Assembly: GCA_000934665.2 (NCBI GenBank)
Contig: KZ538819.1
Coordinates: 1 to 46,245 of the forward strand
Length of the DNA: 46,245 nt
Direction of reading: 5' to 3'
Source of the DNA: Catajapyx aquilonaris
Lineage: Eukaryota
Shown: piece by piece, positions 10,119 through 22,100 of the stretch
Numbering within the stretch: the first letter of the stretch is position 1
Layout of the letters: each line of letters opens with the position of its first letter
Notes under the pieces: generated by a model
What the model saw: the letters and a program-made list of their open reading frames with translations, nothing else
Told to the model about the DNA's origin: nothing
The model's database searches: none
Translations under genes and position numbers: made by a program

Positions 10119-12503
10119 TTAGCAGGGTAATCGACAGACTGGGTCTCCAGTCCAGTTGCTTTCAGAGGAGTTGGGACACCAGCAGATTGCACATCCAGTG
10201 CTTTGGATACAGTGTAGACCTCCATTTGCACACCTTGACTCGAACTGAAGGTAGCCTGCACCTGTGGTTGGATTATGATTTTGCATTTGTTTGCAGCAGT
10301 CGTTGTCATTGCATTTTGCACCGCTCCTACCAAGTGAAGTGAGCATTAGGCAGAAATTAATATAATCAGTGCAAATTATGCTGCAAAAATCAAATGACAC
10401 ATCTTCACACATGGTGCGTCACATGAAATCACTGTATGAGTTTTTATGAATCATTACTTTTAAACCATATGCACTTTAGAGAGAAATATATACTACACCT
10501 GGTTGGAAGAGGTTCAGTTGGAGGAGGGAGTGTCCAGGGTGTGTGTGCATCTGTAAAATATAATAGTGTTATTATTGGTATACCTTTATTTTTGTTGCCG
10601 GCTCATTATTCTACTTCAGTAGTTACGCACCATTATTGTTATTATTATCATACTCTAATATGTTCCTCTTGATCCAGGACAAGTATTTGTCTATGCGAGT
10701 GAAGATGGCCACTTTTGGGATGCACATCTTGCTTTCCATGTCTTTGTTGGTTGCACTAGTGACGCCTTGAAGGTACCACCTGTCGTCGACATTTTTGGAG
10801 CGAAACACAAGTCCACCTCCACTGTCACCTCCACAAACATTGCTTTGATCTGAAATGCAAAATGGTATTAATTGTTCCTAATTAACACACGCTTGAAGGT
10901 TACTTAATTATTTCACATTTGATAAAAATGGTTAAGCTATCCGAAATGACATTTAAATATTGCATCACAGTGTTATTTCATACCCTGATGTAACGCTCAC
11001 CTGTGTGATACCCTGCACAGAAATTAGTTTCACGAAGATATCTGGACTCAAAATATGGGCTGCACTTATCCGCAGGAACGAATGGTAGTTCTGCCATCTG
11101 CAGCGTATCCGCAAGCCTGTTCTCTTCCGTTGCGCCCCATCCAACAACCTTTTGATATAAAAACATTATTAGTAACGTCACATTCAGTGAGACAAAAATT
11201 ATTCACATGTTGGGGGTATGGAACAATGTGGCTTACAATTCCTCTGACTCCTTCCACGAAGTGATGGTTCGCCTTGTCAGGATATAGGTGTCCTGAGCAC
11301 ACTGGTCTCACAGTTCGCGTCAGTTCGACATCATTTTTCAGAAATACCAAGGCGATATCATTGTTCAGTGTGGACTCGTCGTAGTCACCGTGAATTACTA
11401 TGTTTCCAACCTACAGTATAAGGAGTATAAGCAAATGCAGGATGTTTCTTCAATATCTTGGAGCACATTGTACAGCGAATGAATGAATTACCTGCGCCTC
11501 TTGAGAATATTTTTCTTTCGGACGTAACTCAGACAGATGCTTTCCAAAAGCGACTAAGACGTCAGAAGGTTTCAAACGATATGATCCATCCTGTATGCAA
11601 TGAGCAGCTGCAAATAACATTGAGTATATACAATGGCTTTAAAATATCAGAAGAGTGCAATAGGTCTTACCAGTAATTAGTGTGTTTGTGTTAATTAAAG
11701 TTGCACCACAGTAAGGCTGAGTCCTGCCATTGACGATGTAGAGTCCAGCGTGCCATGGCCACTGATTGGCGTTTGTTTCGTTCCCATTGAATATGGTGGA
11801 AACAGTTTCACCATTTGCATTTCCGCAGTCTGCCAATCACAACAGGTTTTATATGAATGCAATGATGTGCCGAATATTTAGGGCAGAAAGAAAAGTAAGG
11901 GGGACAAAATTTAGTCCAGAAAAAAAAGTCAGATTGAACGGAGAAAGTGGCATTGGCGCCTTTCTTCACTTCTGACCCATATGCCCTGCAAATTAACTCA
12001 GAAGCAAGCCAAAGAATGAAGAGGCTGAGGCTCACAAGTACTAAATTAACATGCAAGGGTTCTTATAATTACAATATATCATAATTATTCCCCCTTCCTT
12101 TATTGGCATGAACTGACCTGGAACACAAGGTGACACCTTTCCTGACCACCTTCCATTTTTGGCACAAACCTTTTTGTTCCTATCTGGGGAACGTCTTGTG
12201 AAATATGGCCTACACCTGTATTCCACTGTTGTTCCTTCAGAAACATGGCCAGAACATGACTGGCCATTGCTGCATATCAGTCTAGTTCCTTTCAATGCTT
12301 GAGGCCCTCTGCAACTGGTGTGGGCCAATCTGTAATATTTTTGGGCATGACTGAAAATGTTGCCTGTTTGATGACTCAGTTACTACATTAGATGAATATC
12401 AAATAATGAAATAATATTGTAACAGTTTAGTAATAAATTAAGTTTCCTACCCCAAGCATATGATGACCAGTAAGCAGGTCAGGGACACTCGCGGTGTGAG
12501 CAT
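10119..12503 (-). CDS. Secreted Sushi/Wonton-domain S1 serine protease (ModSP/HP14-like) with C-terminal Cys-rich extension, ~453 aa
   Basis: Exons 12503-12451, 12350-12118, 11829-11671, 11607-11492, 11410-11237, 11148-11001, 10849-10631, 10550-10499, 10326-10119; all GT-AG and phase-consistent (1362 nt). Signal peptide MLTPRVSLTCLLVIICLGHA, 6-Cys CCP-like domain, IFNG activation site, TAAHC / DIAL / GDSGG triad. AATAAA at 10091-10086. Confidence 0.88.
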
Positions 12504-13669
12504 CTTGCCAAGGTGACTGAAACTACACAGTGTGTATTAATCTCATCTTTTATCCTGGTTGACTCTGCTTGCGGTTTAACCGGTTCTCTCTTTTTTGTTG
12601 TTGTTTCATTCTGGTTTTGCGCGTCACATGCATTGGTCGAGATACCGGGAAAACAATTTTAATTTATCCAAACGACCAAAAGTACTCACGTTTATATCCT
12701 ATGACGTATGTGTGAACGAAAGACGAGGAAAATAAGTATTGAAAATGTTCCCCGCATAATCATAACTGTTATGGGCAGTGTGAGAATGCATATTTGTTGT
12801 TTGAATATTAGTGTACACATTATACATATTACGCTACTGGGTATGTAGTTATCCTGGCGATAATAATCATTTAAGACAAATACAATTTTCTTAATGCTAA
12901 CAACACGTATGTCATGCTAATAAAAGTAAGTCCAGGCTCATGCAGTCATGGTATTCCGAAGAATTAAAACTCGCAAAATCGCACAGTCCAAAATAACGTA
13001 TACAGTATAGTGTGTACAGCATCGTTACAATAAATTATTGCTTTATTGTCGAGCAGGGTATTCACCCTGTGTGGTTCTGCGGTTATATCGCATAATGAGT
13101 GCGGCAACCTTCGAAGATGACACACATGTTGGACCTGTTGTACATACCAACTCAAGATAAGACGACGTAATTTGAGTTAGGTATTGTTTATTTATAAACA
13201 TACGAACTTTATTTTTGCTTATGTGTCTCTTATTAGTTACAATTTTCCTAATCAGTGAAAGTATATCCCCTGGTTTTATGATTTCTTCTCTATTTGTTGC
13301 AGCAAGAGATGTTTTACACTTGTGCTTTATTTTCTCGTCCAGTTTTGTCACGAAAATTAAAACACAAGTCGAGATTTGCTTTTATCAATACGTTCGTAAA
13401 ACTTAATCTAAATGGCGTCCTTTAACGTGCCAATAACTGTGAAAAATGTTCTGCGTAGAAAACCAAAAATAGGTTAGATTTCAACATTTCAATACTAAAA
13501 TTATATTTTTTCCCTATAATTTCCAAAGGTCTGTTTAACGCCTGTTTAAAATTTAAAACTCATCTTTTTTAAAACCTCACGCAAAATAATTGTTTTTGAT
13601 TGCAAGAATCAGCAGGAATCACTCATGAAATGTCATTAATTTGATTGCCCTTTGAAACACGCGCCGAAC

Positions 13670-13857
13670 TGTGACGTCACACAGCTGGAAATATTAATTC
13701 AACGCATGGGCGTTTCCAGATCCAAGGTCATGTAATTATTAGTAAAATAATTAAGCGGTTTTAAATCCGGCTCGTGTGAAGCTTAAATGTTGAGCGAAAG
13801 TGGCGCTCGTAGCGGAGCCGATTGATTCACCCCATCCTTCTTTTGAAAGATGGCGGC
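13670..13857. promoter_or_regulatory. Candidate NIT2 proximal / bidirectional promoter
   Basis: Palindromic CRE TGTGACGTCACA (13670-13681), YY1-type AAGATGGCGGC overlapping the NIT2 ATG, local CpG enrichment, position between divergent genes. Confidence 0.45.
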
Positions 13858-16551
13858 GTCCAGTAAGTTGGTTTGTGATATCAGCTGTGCAGATAATTGG
13901 AAATTGCGATGGAACCGCGGCATTGCAACACTTGCCACTGAACCTGTAGCTTTAACATGACAGGTTATTGACGATGGGAATTAAAGATAAGCACCTGTTG
14001 GTACAAAAGAGTGCAACTAGTTGTGTCTTGTTCAGATCAAGGCATGGCGCATCATGATTTGTTTCGCAATTGAATGTCGAGAGCTTCTTTGGGAAGAGTT
14101 GGAAAAAGTAGGTCTGCAGAGTGTGACAGAAATCCAGTCCCATTAATGTTTGAAAAACATTGGCTTACACTGCAAGCGATAGTGCACTGCTGTGTCTGCG
14201 TGGTTAAGATAATGGTCGTGAATTAATGCTGTGAATTCTTTACAGAGTTTCGCATGGCAATTGTTCAGCTTGCTGTGTCGGCTGACAAGGCAGTAAACCT
14301 GAGCAGAGCTGCTAGCTTCATTAGCGAGGCAGCTGGAAAGGGTGCGCATGTGGTGGCTCTTCCCGAGTGCTTCAACTCGCCTTATGGAATAGGTGTGTGA
14401 CAGTGGGGGTAATGACAGTAGAAGTTAAGAAATGGTGTCAGGTAAATGAAAATATTATTATGGTCCTAAGATGGCTGCAAAATTGTTGTGTTTGATATGG
14501 TTTATTTTGGAGAATTAGCAAGCTCACAAGGTGCCCCCAAATCATTTCATTGTCTCTTGGTTGTAACATAAACTAGATCACAACGTCAGACAGAAAATGT
14601 ATATTTTAATAAAATACTCATACATTTGATGACATCGGAGGAAGAACAATCAAGGTCCACTTTTTGTCAAAAATGAGTTACATATCTCAGAAGATAGCTT
14701 CACTAGTGTGATAATGATGTTAGGGGAGGCAGAGTGGCACTGTGGTAACGTATGCATCCACAGATGGAAGGGTCCCAGGTTCGATCCCAGCCTAGGGTCT
14801 CTACCCTTCATCTCATGCAGAGTTGGGTCGTCTCTGGCTTCGTCTCGGGTGGAATCTCCACTAGACTAATCCACCCGAGGGAGTTCACAAAATATACCGT
14901 TACAGACATTGCACTTGCACCTTGCAGATCCCCTGCCAGTGGACCCGGGTGTTTCGCAAAAAGGAACCAATATGCACGCATTGTAGCCTACTCAAGGCCT
15001 ATAAATAGAATAAAGGTCCGTGCAATTATTATTAATTATTAGTGTAGAATATGATGGTTTGGTCGTGGTTGTGGAGTAATGATCATAGGTCACAATGGAA
15101 AGTGGAATTTACAATGGAAATTTATGGGCGTTCGAAATTTAAAATTGGAATTTCTCAGTTTCACCTTGATCGTTCTTCCCCTGAGGTCTTCATTATTTTT
15201 GGAGTATTTAAGTTTCATATTTTTATTTAATGATTAACATTTTCAAACTGATGATAACTGAATCATAGGGTCACGAAATACAGTGGCTTTTTGCTTACTG
15301 CCTATTTTGGCTTTAATTTGAATTTTACATGACCTCCTGACAGAGCATTTCAAGCAGTACTCGGAGGAGATACCAGGAGGTGAGTCTGCAAGTGCTTTGT
15401 CAAAAGCAGCCAAGGAAAACAAAGTGTATGTGGTGGGAGGATCTATCCCTGAGAAAGATGAGAGCAAAATATATAACACATGCACCGTCTGGGGACCTGA
15501 CGGAAACCTGGTGGCCAAATTCAGGAAGGTCAGCAAACTACATGCACTTGCAATTCCTGGAGAATTACCATTTGCTTCCATTTCAGATGCATCTCTTTGA
15601 CATTGACATTCCTGGAAAGATCACGTTCCAAGAGTCTAAGACTTTGAGTCCAGGGAGTGAGTTTGTCACCTTCGACACTCCCTTCTGCAAGGTTGGACTT
15701 GGGATCTGTTATGATCTTAGGTTCCCAGAGATTGCCCAGTTCTATGCTCAGAATGGTAAGCTGAATGCATTGTGCACGAGTATGGGTATGAGTCGAAACT
15801 CTAAGTTGTTTAACTCAGTTGGCCATCAGTGTATACTGTAATTCTTGGATGCACAGGGAAAAGAGCATAAGTCAAAAAAATTTTTTTTGACCTATGTGCT
15901 TTTTCCCCCGAATCCGAGCATTCACCTCTATAAATAATCCACCTCATTCGGGGGGAAAAGAGTGTAAGGGAAAAAATTATTTTTTTGACTTATGCACTTT
16001 TTCCCGCGCATCCGAGAATTGTCTGTACTATACTGGACCAAAGTTATTTTTTCTTTTTTCTGGTTTAAAAATCTATTTTTATGTTTGATCTTTTATGTTG
16101 ACTCAAATGAAGAGTTTATTTTTACTTTTTCCCCTTTTTGTGGCTTTATGACATTTTTCTCAGGTTGTAAATTGTTGGTGTATCCTGGTGCTTTCAACAT
16201 GACCACTGGGCCTTTGCACTGGAAGGCGTTGCAGGTAGGTAGGGCTCTTGATAACCAGCTCTATGTAGCATCGGTGTCACCAGCTCGTGTTGAAGGGTCA
16301 GGATATGTAGCCTACGGGCACTCCATGGTTATAGACCCCTTTGGAAAAGTACTGACTGAAGGAGGTGGACAGGAAGAGATGATGATTGTTGACCTAGGTT
16401 TGTGCACATCAACATCGCCTGATCATAAGCAGTTCAACCGAAAATGCCAATCATGATTTCAGATATGGATTATGTGGATCAAGTGAGGAAGCAGATCCCA
16501 CTGATGCACCAAAAGCGGCACGACATGTATGAGTTGAAGGGCAAGAATTAA
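13850..16551 (+). CDS. NIT2: Omega-amidase NIT2 (nitrilase superfamily), 278 aa
   Basis: Exons 13850-13862, 14246-14392, 15344-15528, 15587-15755, 16164-16397, 16463-16551 (837 nt, in phase). Motifs [40 protein letters not shown] (Glu-Lys-Cys triad), [19 protein letters not shown]. Confidence 0.95.
14723..15040 (+). mobile_element. tRNA-derived SINE (copy S3) in NIT2 intron 2
   Basis: A box GTGGCACTGTGG, B box GGTTCGATCCC, (ATT)n-type tail, imperfect TSD TAGTGT..A.ATGATG. Shares the GGGGAGG start and GACATTGCACTTGCACC with S1. Confidence 0.8.
15835..16030. mobile_element. MITE made of two tandem hairpins in NIT2 intron 4
   Basis: AATTCTTGGATGCACAGGGAAAAGAGCATAAGTCAAAAAA is inverted relative to TTTTTTGACTTATGCACTTTTTCCCGCGCATCCGAGAATT. 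Each half is itself a hairpin. Confidence 0.65.
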
Positions 16552-17872
16552 ATTGTGTTGAGGTATCAGCACTAGGAGCAACGTGGCATATCTTTGCAGG
16601 ATGTTATAGATTGAGGTATCTGATCAGGTCCAATTTATGTAGCCTTTGTTTAAGAAATTCTGTGTGCCAAAAGTTATCTGTCACTTGAGCGGCCATAAAT
16701 GTGTAAAACTGTTATCTATGGATCCATTGTTTTACGACATTCACAGAAGTACCTGGTACTATTGAACATTTTTGCTAGCTTCAATTTCCATGAAATTTAT
16801 TAATTGCAACATTTACGAGAAATATAAGCACACCATGGGTATAATATACTAGACTGGATGATATTGTATCATTTTAGACAAATTATGTTACTGAATATAT
16901 TTTGAGCATATTACTGGTTTTAATTTACTCATGAAGTGCCTTACCTTCCAGCTTCTGGTTACAGCTGCTGAACCTTTAAAAAAAAAGTGGCTTTAGCCAG
17001 AAATATTTTATTCCAGGTATTAGAAGCTAATAGAGGAATTCATATGCATTGATGTTTCAATTGAAAGAGGGCAATTATTGTTTCAATACAGGGCTGAAAA
17101 TTTTTAAAGGGGGCTTCTAATCTTACTGAACATATATTTCTTGATACATGAAAATTTGGATGAATGGTTCAAAATACAGCATGTACTTGCTCACACTGCG
17201 TGTGACTGTAGTTAATTTTACCGAAGTCCCTTTCCATTTCTTCATTTTATTTTTTTCTAAATAATAGTTTTTAAAATGTTATAAGTTATAAGTTGCTGAT
17301 TTTAGTAGACTTTGTAATAATTTCCTCTTTGACCTCGTATGGAGGTTTTCTTATCGTTGAGTTTCTTACCCATCGCATTATGAGATCAGCTTGAATTAAT
17401 TGCTGGAATAGTAAGTTATGGAATGCATCCTTGTTATCCTGAATCAATTCTACGGCCATGTATGCTCTTGTTTCCTGTATTTGTAGTTACCCTCCTCTAC
17501 ATCCTCACATATTTTATGAATGATTTATCACATAGTGTAAATCAATTGCACTATTGCCTTTTTTGGATAAAGTACATATATCGGTATTATTCTTGAGGGT
17601 CTGACTTTGTAGCTCCACTGAGATTAGTTAAATGGTCCTCAATCGTCATTTGTACTGTACAGTACAAAATAATATTTTTACTTTACACATCATGATTGCA
17701 TCTTTTGTTTTTGGTAATCATGATGACCAGTTTGCAAAGTTCGTCGCAATCCAGACATTAAAATTCCCAGCTAGAAGACTATGATTTGAAATTATCTGCT
17801 TGCTATTTTGTCACTATCTGCAATTTGGCAATATGCACCATGTAATTAATAATCATGAACATTAGACGCAAT

Positions 17873-17917
17873 AGAAAGGCAAGTACATGACCATACCGGT
17901 CATGTACTTGCCTTTCT
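17873..17917. repeat. Perfect 20-bp-stem hairpin
   Basis: AGAAAGGCAAGTACATGACC-ATACC-GGTCATGTACTTGCCTTTCT. Confidence 0.95.
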
Positions 17918-18211
17918 GTGTCTTGTGATCATAAATACCATATTAAAAGGGAGTTTTAGTTGCACATTTTAAAATCTGTCCTAAGTAGATGTACAAGCTC
18001 AAGTAACAATGATGGTAAAACTTAATGGTTAAAATAAAATTTTGCATAAGCTTTATTAAAGGGAGAATCACTGCTTTCTTAGATGCATCATTGTCTACTG
18101 GTCTTGTAGTGAAAATATTTTGTATTGAACATGGTCCTGCATCTATTATTTTTCCTGAAACACAGTTCAATATCTGCCAATGGTTCCAATGGGCCATTCC
18201 CATCACAAATA

Positions 18212-18873
18212 CAAGGTGATCGGAAAAGACTGTGCGAATTTTAAAACTATAAATTGAAAACTTAGACTTACCATAGTTTGTTTCGATATGAGCTCCCATT
18301 TTTTCTGCTCAAAAAATGTAAATACTGTAATCAGTGTCATTCCTACCCCACTCAGACATGTCTGGCTTTACCACTGCAATCTTCTCCCATGTGTGCTAGA
18401 GATGCCGAATCTTTTCACCATACATGTGCCTCCACACAAAAAAAGTCCATTGGAGTAAGAGCTGGGCCTCTGGAGGGACTAGGCATTGGGAAACTCATTC
18501 AAGAATTTGCACACTGGGAGGCTGAACAAAGGAAACTTTTCTACGGCAGGTTTGTTTCATGGATGAGGCAACTTTTTATGTGAATCATCAAAAACAATGT
18601 GTATGGCGTAATGACCCGTCATACCCAGCATCTATGAGATAGGATCGAAACGGTAACTTCAGATATCATCGAGCGAGTTGGGCACAAGATCGAATACAGT
18701 TTTTTTAAATAAAATAAAAAAATCTGCTGAGCGCCAAATAAAACTCAAACTGAGGTGAGACCAAAACTTTGGACACTTCTTAGCTTTTCAAAAATTAAAT
18801 CATTAAGATATATGTCTACAAGTTCTCGAGTTACAGGGTTTTAAAATCCGCGCAATCTTTTTCGATCACCCTG
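18212..18873 (-). mobile_element. Internally deleted rosa/maT-like (Tc1/mariner superfamily) transposon
   Basis: TIRs CAAGGTGATCGGAAAAGACTGTGCGAATTTTAAAAC / GTTTTAAAATCCGCGCAATCTTTTTCGATCACCCTG with TA TSDs. Minus-strand relic PMPSPSRGPALTPMDFF (cf. WPPRSPDLTPLDFFLWG) and terminal GAHIE. Confidence 0.85.
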
Positions 18874-19075
18874 TATATTTTGCAGGTCATAACTTGATTG
18901 GATGAGACTATTGCAATGAGGTTTTTTCAAGCAATTATCGTCAGAAAAACTGTCCGATTTGGACTAGTCCATATAGTAAGACTAACAGTAAGTCCAGGGG
19001 TACTTTTCTCCGCACCCCCAGGGTGACCTACTCGCACCCCCTGGGGGTGCGGGCTGCTCTAATAATTAGCTCATT

Positions 19076-19118
19076 GCACCATATTGGTGCACCATATTGG
19101 TACACCATATTACACCAT
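19076..19118. repeat. Short 13-bp tandem repeat (TGCACCATATTGG, about 3 copies)
   Basis: TGCACCATATTGG TGCACCATATTGG TACACCATAT TACACCAT read directly. Confidence 0.7.
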
Positions 19119-22100
19119 GCAAGTTGCTAGTATGCTAATTTTTGTCCAACGCCATGAGAGAAGGTTGAAATGTACTGTACGAGTAGGATACCAAAATGTA
19201 AGGAAAGTTTTAAAAAATTCATTGAACTTGACTTAATTGCGCCACGATTGCGCTTATCATTATTAAATAATATTTACGTCACGGACTTTACTGACCTTGG
19301 TGGATAACATTGAATATTGACAGTCTTTCACTGGTTGCGTTCTGATATTATTTTAACTGTCACGCGAGTATATTTTTTTTTAGATATAAAGACGACTCCG
19401 GATGTATGAGACTAAATGTTCATCAGTGGATATTCCATTGAAATTAGAAATTTCTGAGACCTTTTCCTAGTTGTAAATCCATTCCATTTTTTTTTCACCG
19501 AGCACATCATCTGCCAAGATTGTATTCAAAGCGCGTACACACAAACAGTACAGGACATGAATATCAAAGTGTCCATTTCGCCCATTTGAAGGCTTATTTT
19601 GTTCGCATGACATTTGACGATAACCTGGACTGAATATAACATGTGTACTCACATCGGGTATCAAAAAAAAAAGGTTTTGCTTTGAATCAGTCATCCGGAT
19701 GATATTCAAAGGAATAACCAGCAGTAGAAACATGAAAAGTGACAGGCACATGAAAGGCCTTTTTTTTGTTGCTTTCACATTGATCACCAATATTTTTCTG
19801 TGAAAAAATACTTTCATATACTGATTTGAATTTGAGGCTTCGAGTTGACTATTAACATCTTATTATGTGATTAACTCTTTTCTGAGTTAATCATCCGACT
19901 CTTTAGGGGGAAACCCCCTAACGTAACCACAAAAAAAAACCCTTTCCCCTAGGGTAGGTTACAGATTACTTTTAAATGAGAGTCTAAAAGGCTGGCGAGA
20001 AGGGATTGCGGGTATGCCATTGACTTTTTTAGCGGATCAGAGGGTCCCCTCTACACTGTTATTTAAATTAAAAGAGTTGGAAGGGGAAAAGGGGTGTAAG
20101 GAATCCTCCCCGTTTCCTCCCTTTCAACTCGTCCCTTTAGAGTTTTTTTTTTTAAAGGCGTGAAATAGGGCGGGATTTCGATTTTGCGCCTCATTAGATG
20201 TCGTTTAGTGGGGATTTGATGACCCAAGTTTTTTTTTTAGGAAGTCAAAGAGGAGGGGACGTTTATGATCGCGTTTAGTTGGACAATACTGTATTTTGCC
20301 CATATGGGTGTGACTTCGTATCGTATGGTCATTCCGGGATTTTGTGGGATTTGAAAGTAGACTGCCAGACAAAAATATATAATATATTATAAATAATTAT
20401 AATATTAATATATATGCGGCAAATGCATCATGCAAGGATTAAAAGTGATTCAATTGCCTCGACTATTGATTAGGCTACATACGTAAGAGAAAAACACAAT
20501 GAGTAAGCCCAAATTAATGTTTGCATCGATGGCCCACTTTTATACAGGCCGGGTCAAAGGACTAGTGAAAAATATTTACCAGTCCTTTATGAAAGATTCT
20601 GAGAAAAGATGGAAAATAAATGAATGAGTCATCCTTTGTCGAAGTAGGGGGGGTAGGAAGGGAGATGGGGAGGGTCATGTACCAAAATGGGATTGATTGA
20701 TTGGTGGAAGGTTGTTAAGGGTTGCAATGGGCATCCGTGGCTATAGGGAAGGAAGGATGGTCCAGATGAAGGATGAAAAGGGGGAATCTAGACGTCGATA
20801 GCAACTGTCGGGGCTTGGAAATAGGTGTCCCTTTTGAAGCTAGAGGGGTCACTAAGCGTGACATGTCACGTCATCTTTAGCACCGGTAACGACTCCGTTC
20901 CGTGACGTCAAGATGGACCATTCAAGCTGGCGGCTAATTAAACTAATATATTTAGATTAAAATTCTGCTGGTGGTTTCAAGACAGGATACATCCTTATTG
21001 AGCTATTTGTTTTCTGGAACCGAAGGCGACTGCAATAAAGGAGATATGACCGTACTTTTGACGATGCCAATGAGAAAAAGAAACTTGAGCAATCTCATCA
21101 AAACTTGCATGAAGCTTCCAAGTTGCTCATGACGCAGAAAGTTGAACGCATGATAAAAATAAAAAAAAATCCTGAAAAGCATATTGCCTCTAGGGGGCAA
21201 GACTGTATATCAAGGTCATACCCCCCCGACGCTGATTGATTGTCCAATTTATTAAAATCGATCTTTGGACACAAAGATTGATAACATCCACCCACCTCCC
21301 CCTCCAAAAAATGGAACAATAATAAATAAAAATCTAGATGACAAGACTGATATTTCCAAGGTTGTGTTAAAGGATGGGGTTGTAAGGGGGGTGGTGGATA
21401 GTAAAGAGGGATTGAGGGGTGGGCAAAACCATCCCTTTCGTCCCCTGCTGCTGACTGACCCCTCGGTTACCATGGTGACCAACCAGGAGGGTTTAGATGG
21501 GTGGTGGGAGGCGGGGGAGGAAGTCTTTGCCCCCTTCCCTTCCTTCCTCTGCCAATTTGACATCCCAAAAATAATTATTTTTTGGGCCAATCTTGGGAGC
21601 TGGAGAAGAAAGGGAGAGAATGGGAGAGGTTTTCCGGTTGAATTTGCAGGGCCTGTGTGTAGGATGGACCTCGGACGGGTTTTTGTACTTTCTGAAATTG
21701 TGCTGCAAAAGGAAATAGAAATAAAAAAAAGGAAGGATACTGTACGACAAATTTATTCGTAAAAACACTATAATAATTCTTGGCTACATGAAATGCTGCT
21801 TGATTAGGTAAAATAAATAAATAGGTAAATAAATAAATCCAGAGCTGCTTGATTTTTTTTTTTGAGAGGCTTGCTTGCAGATTGGCCCGCTCCCATTGAA
21901 CATGTCTAACCCCCAACCCCCACATACCCTCAGTGAAAACCCCTCAAAAAAGTGTAACCCACACACTCACATACACATTATGTACGCACATACTCACATA
22001 TTCAAGTCACACGTGGGCTCCGAGGTAGTTATTTGGTTGGCTGAGATATGCCATTTTATTTTTTATTTTAAACTCTTTATTTTGTTGCAAGCCGAGCCTC

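Noticed and set aside
12690..12763. Frameshifted signal-peptide-like sequence MIMRGTFSILIFLVF(VHTYVIG)
   Set aside because: Needs a 1-nt correction and would then end in phase 1, incompatible with protease exon 2. An intact signal-peptide exon already exists at 12503-12451.
13043..13351. 102-aa minus ORF (TKLDEKIKHKCK…)
   Set aside because: GTG start, no motif, and I could not build a consistent spliced CDS.
17381..17402. bantam-like TGAGATCA start
   Set aside because: Only the first 8 nt match and there is no convincing hairpin.
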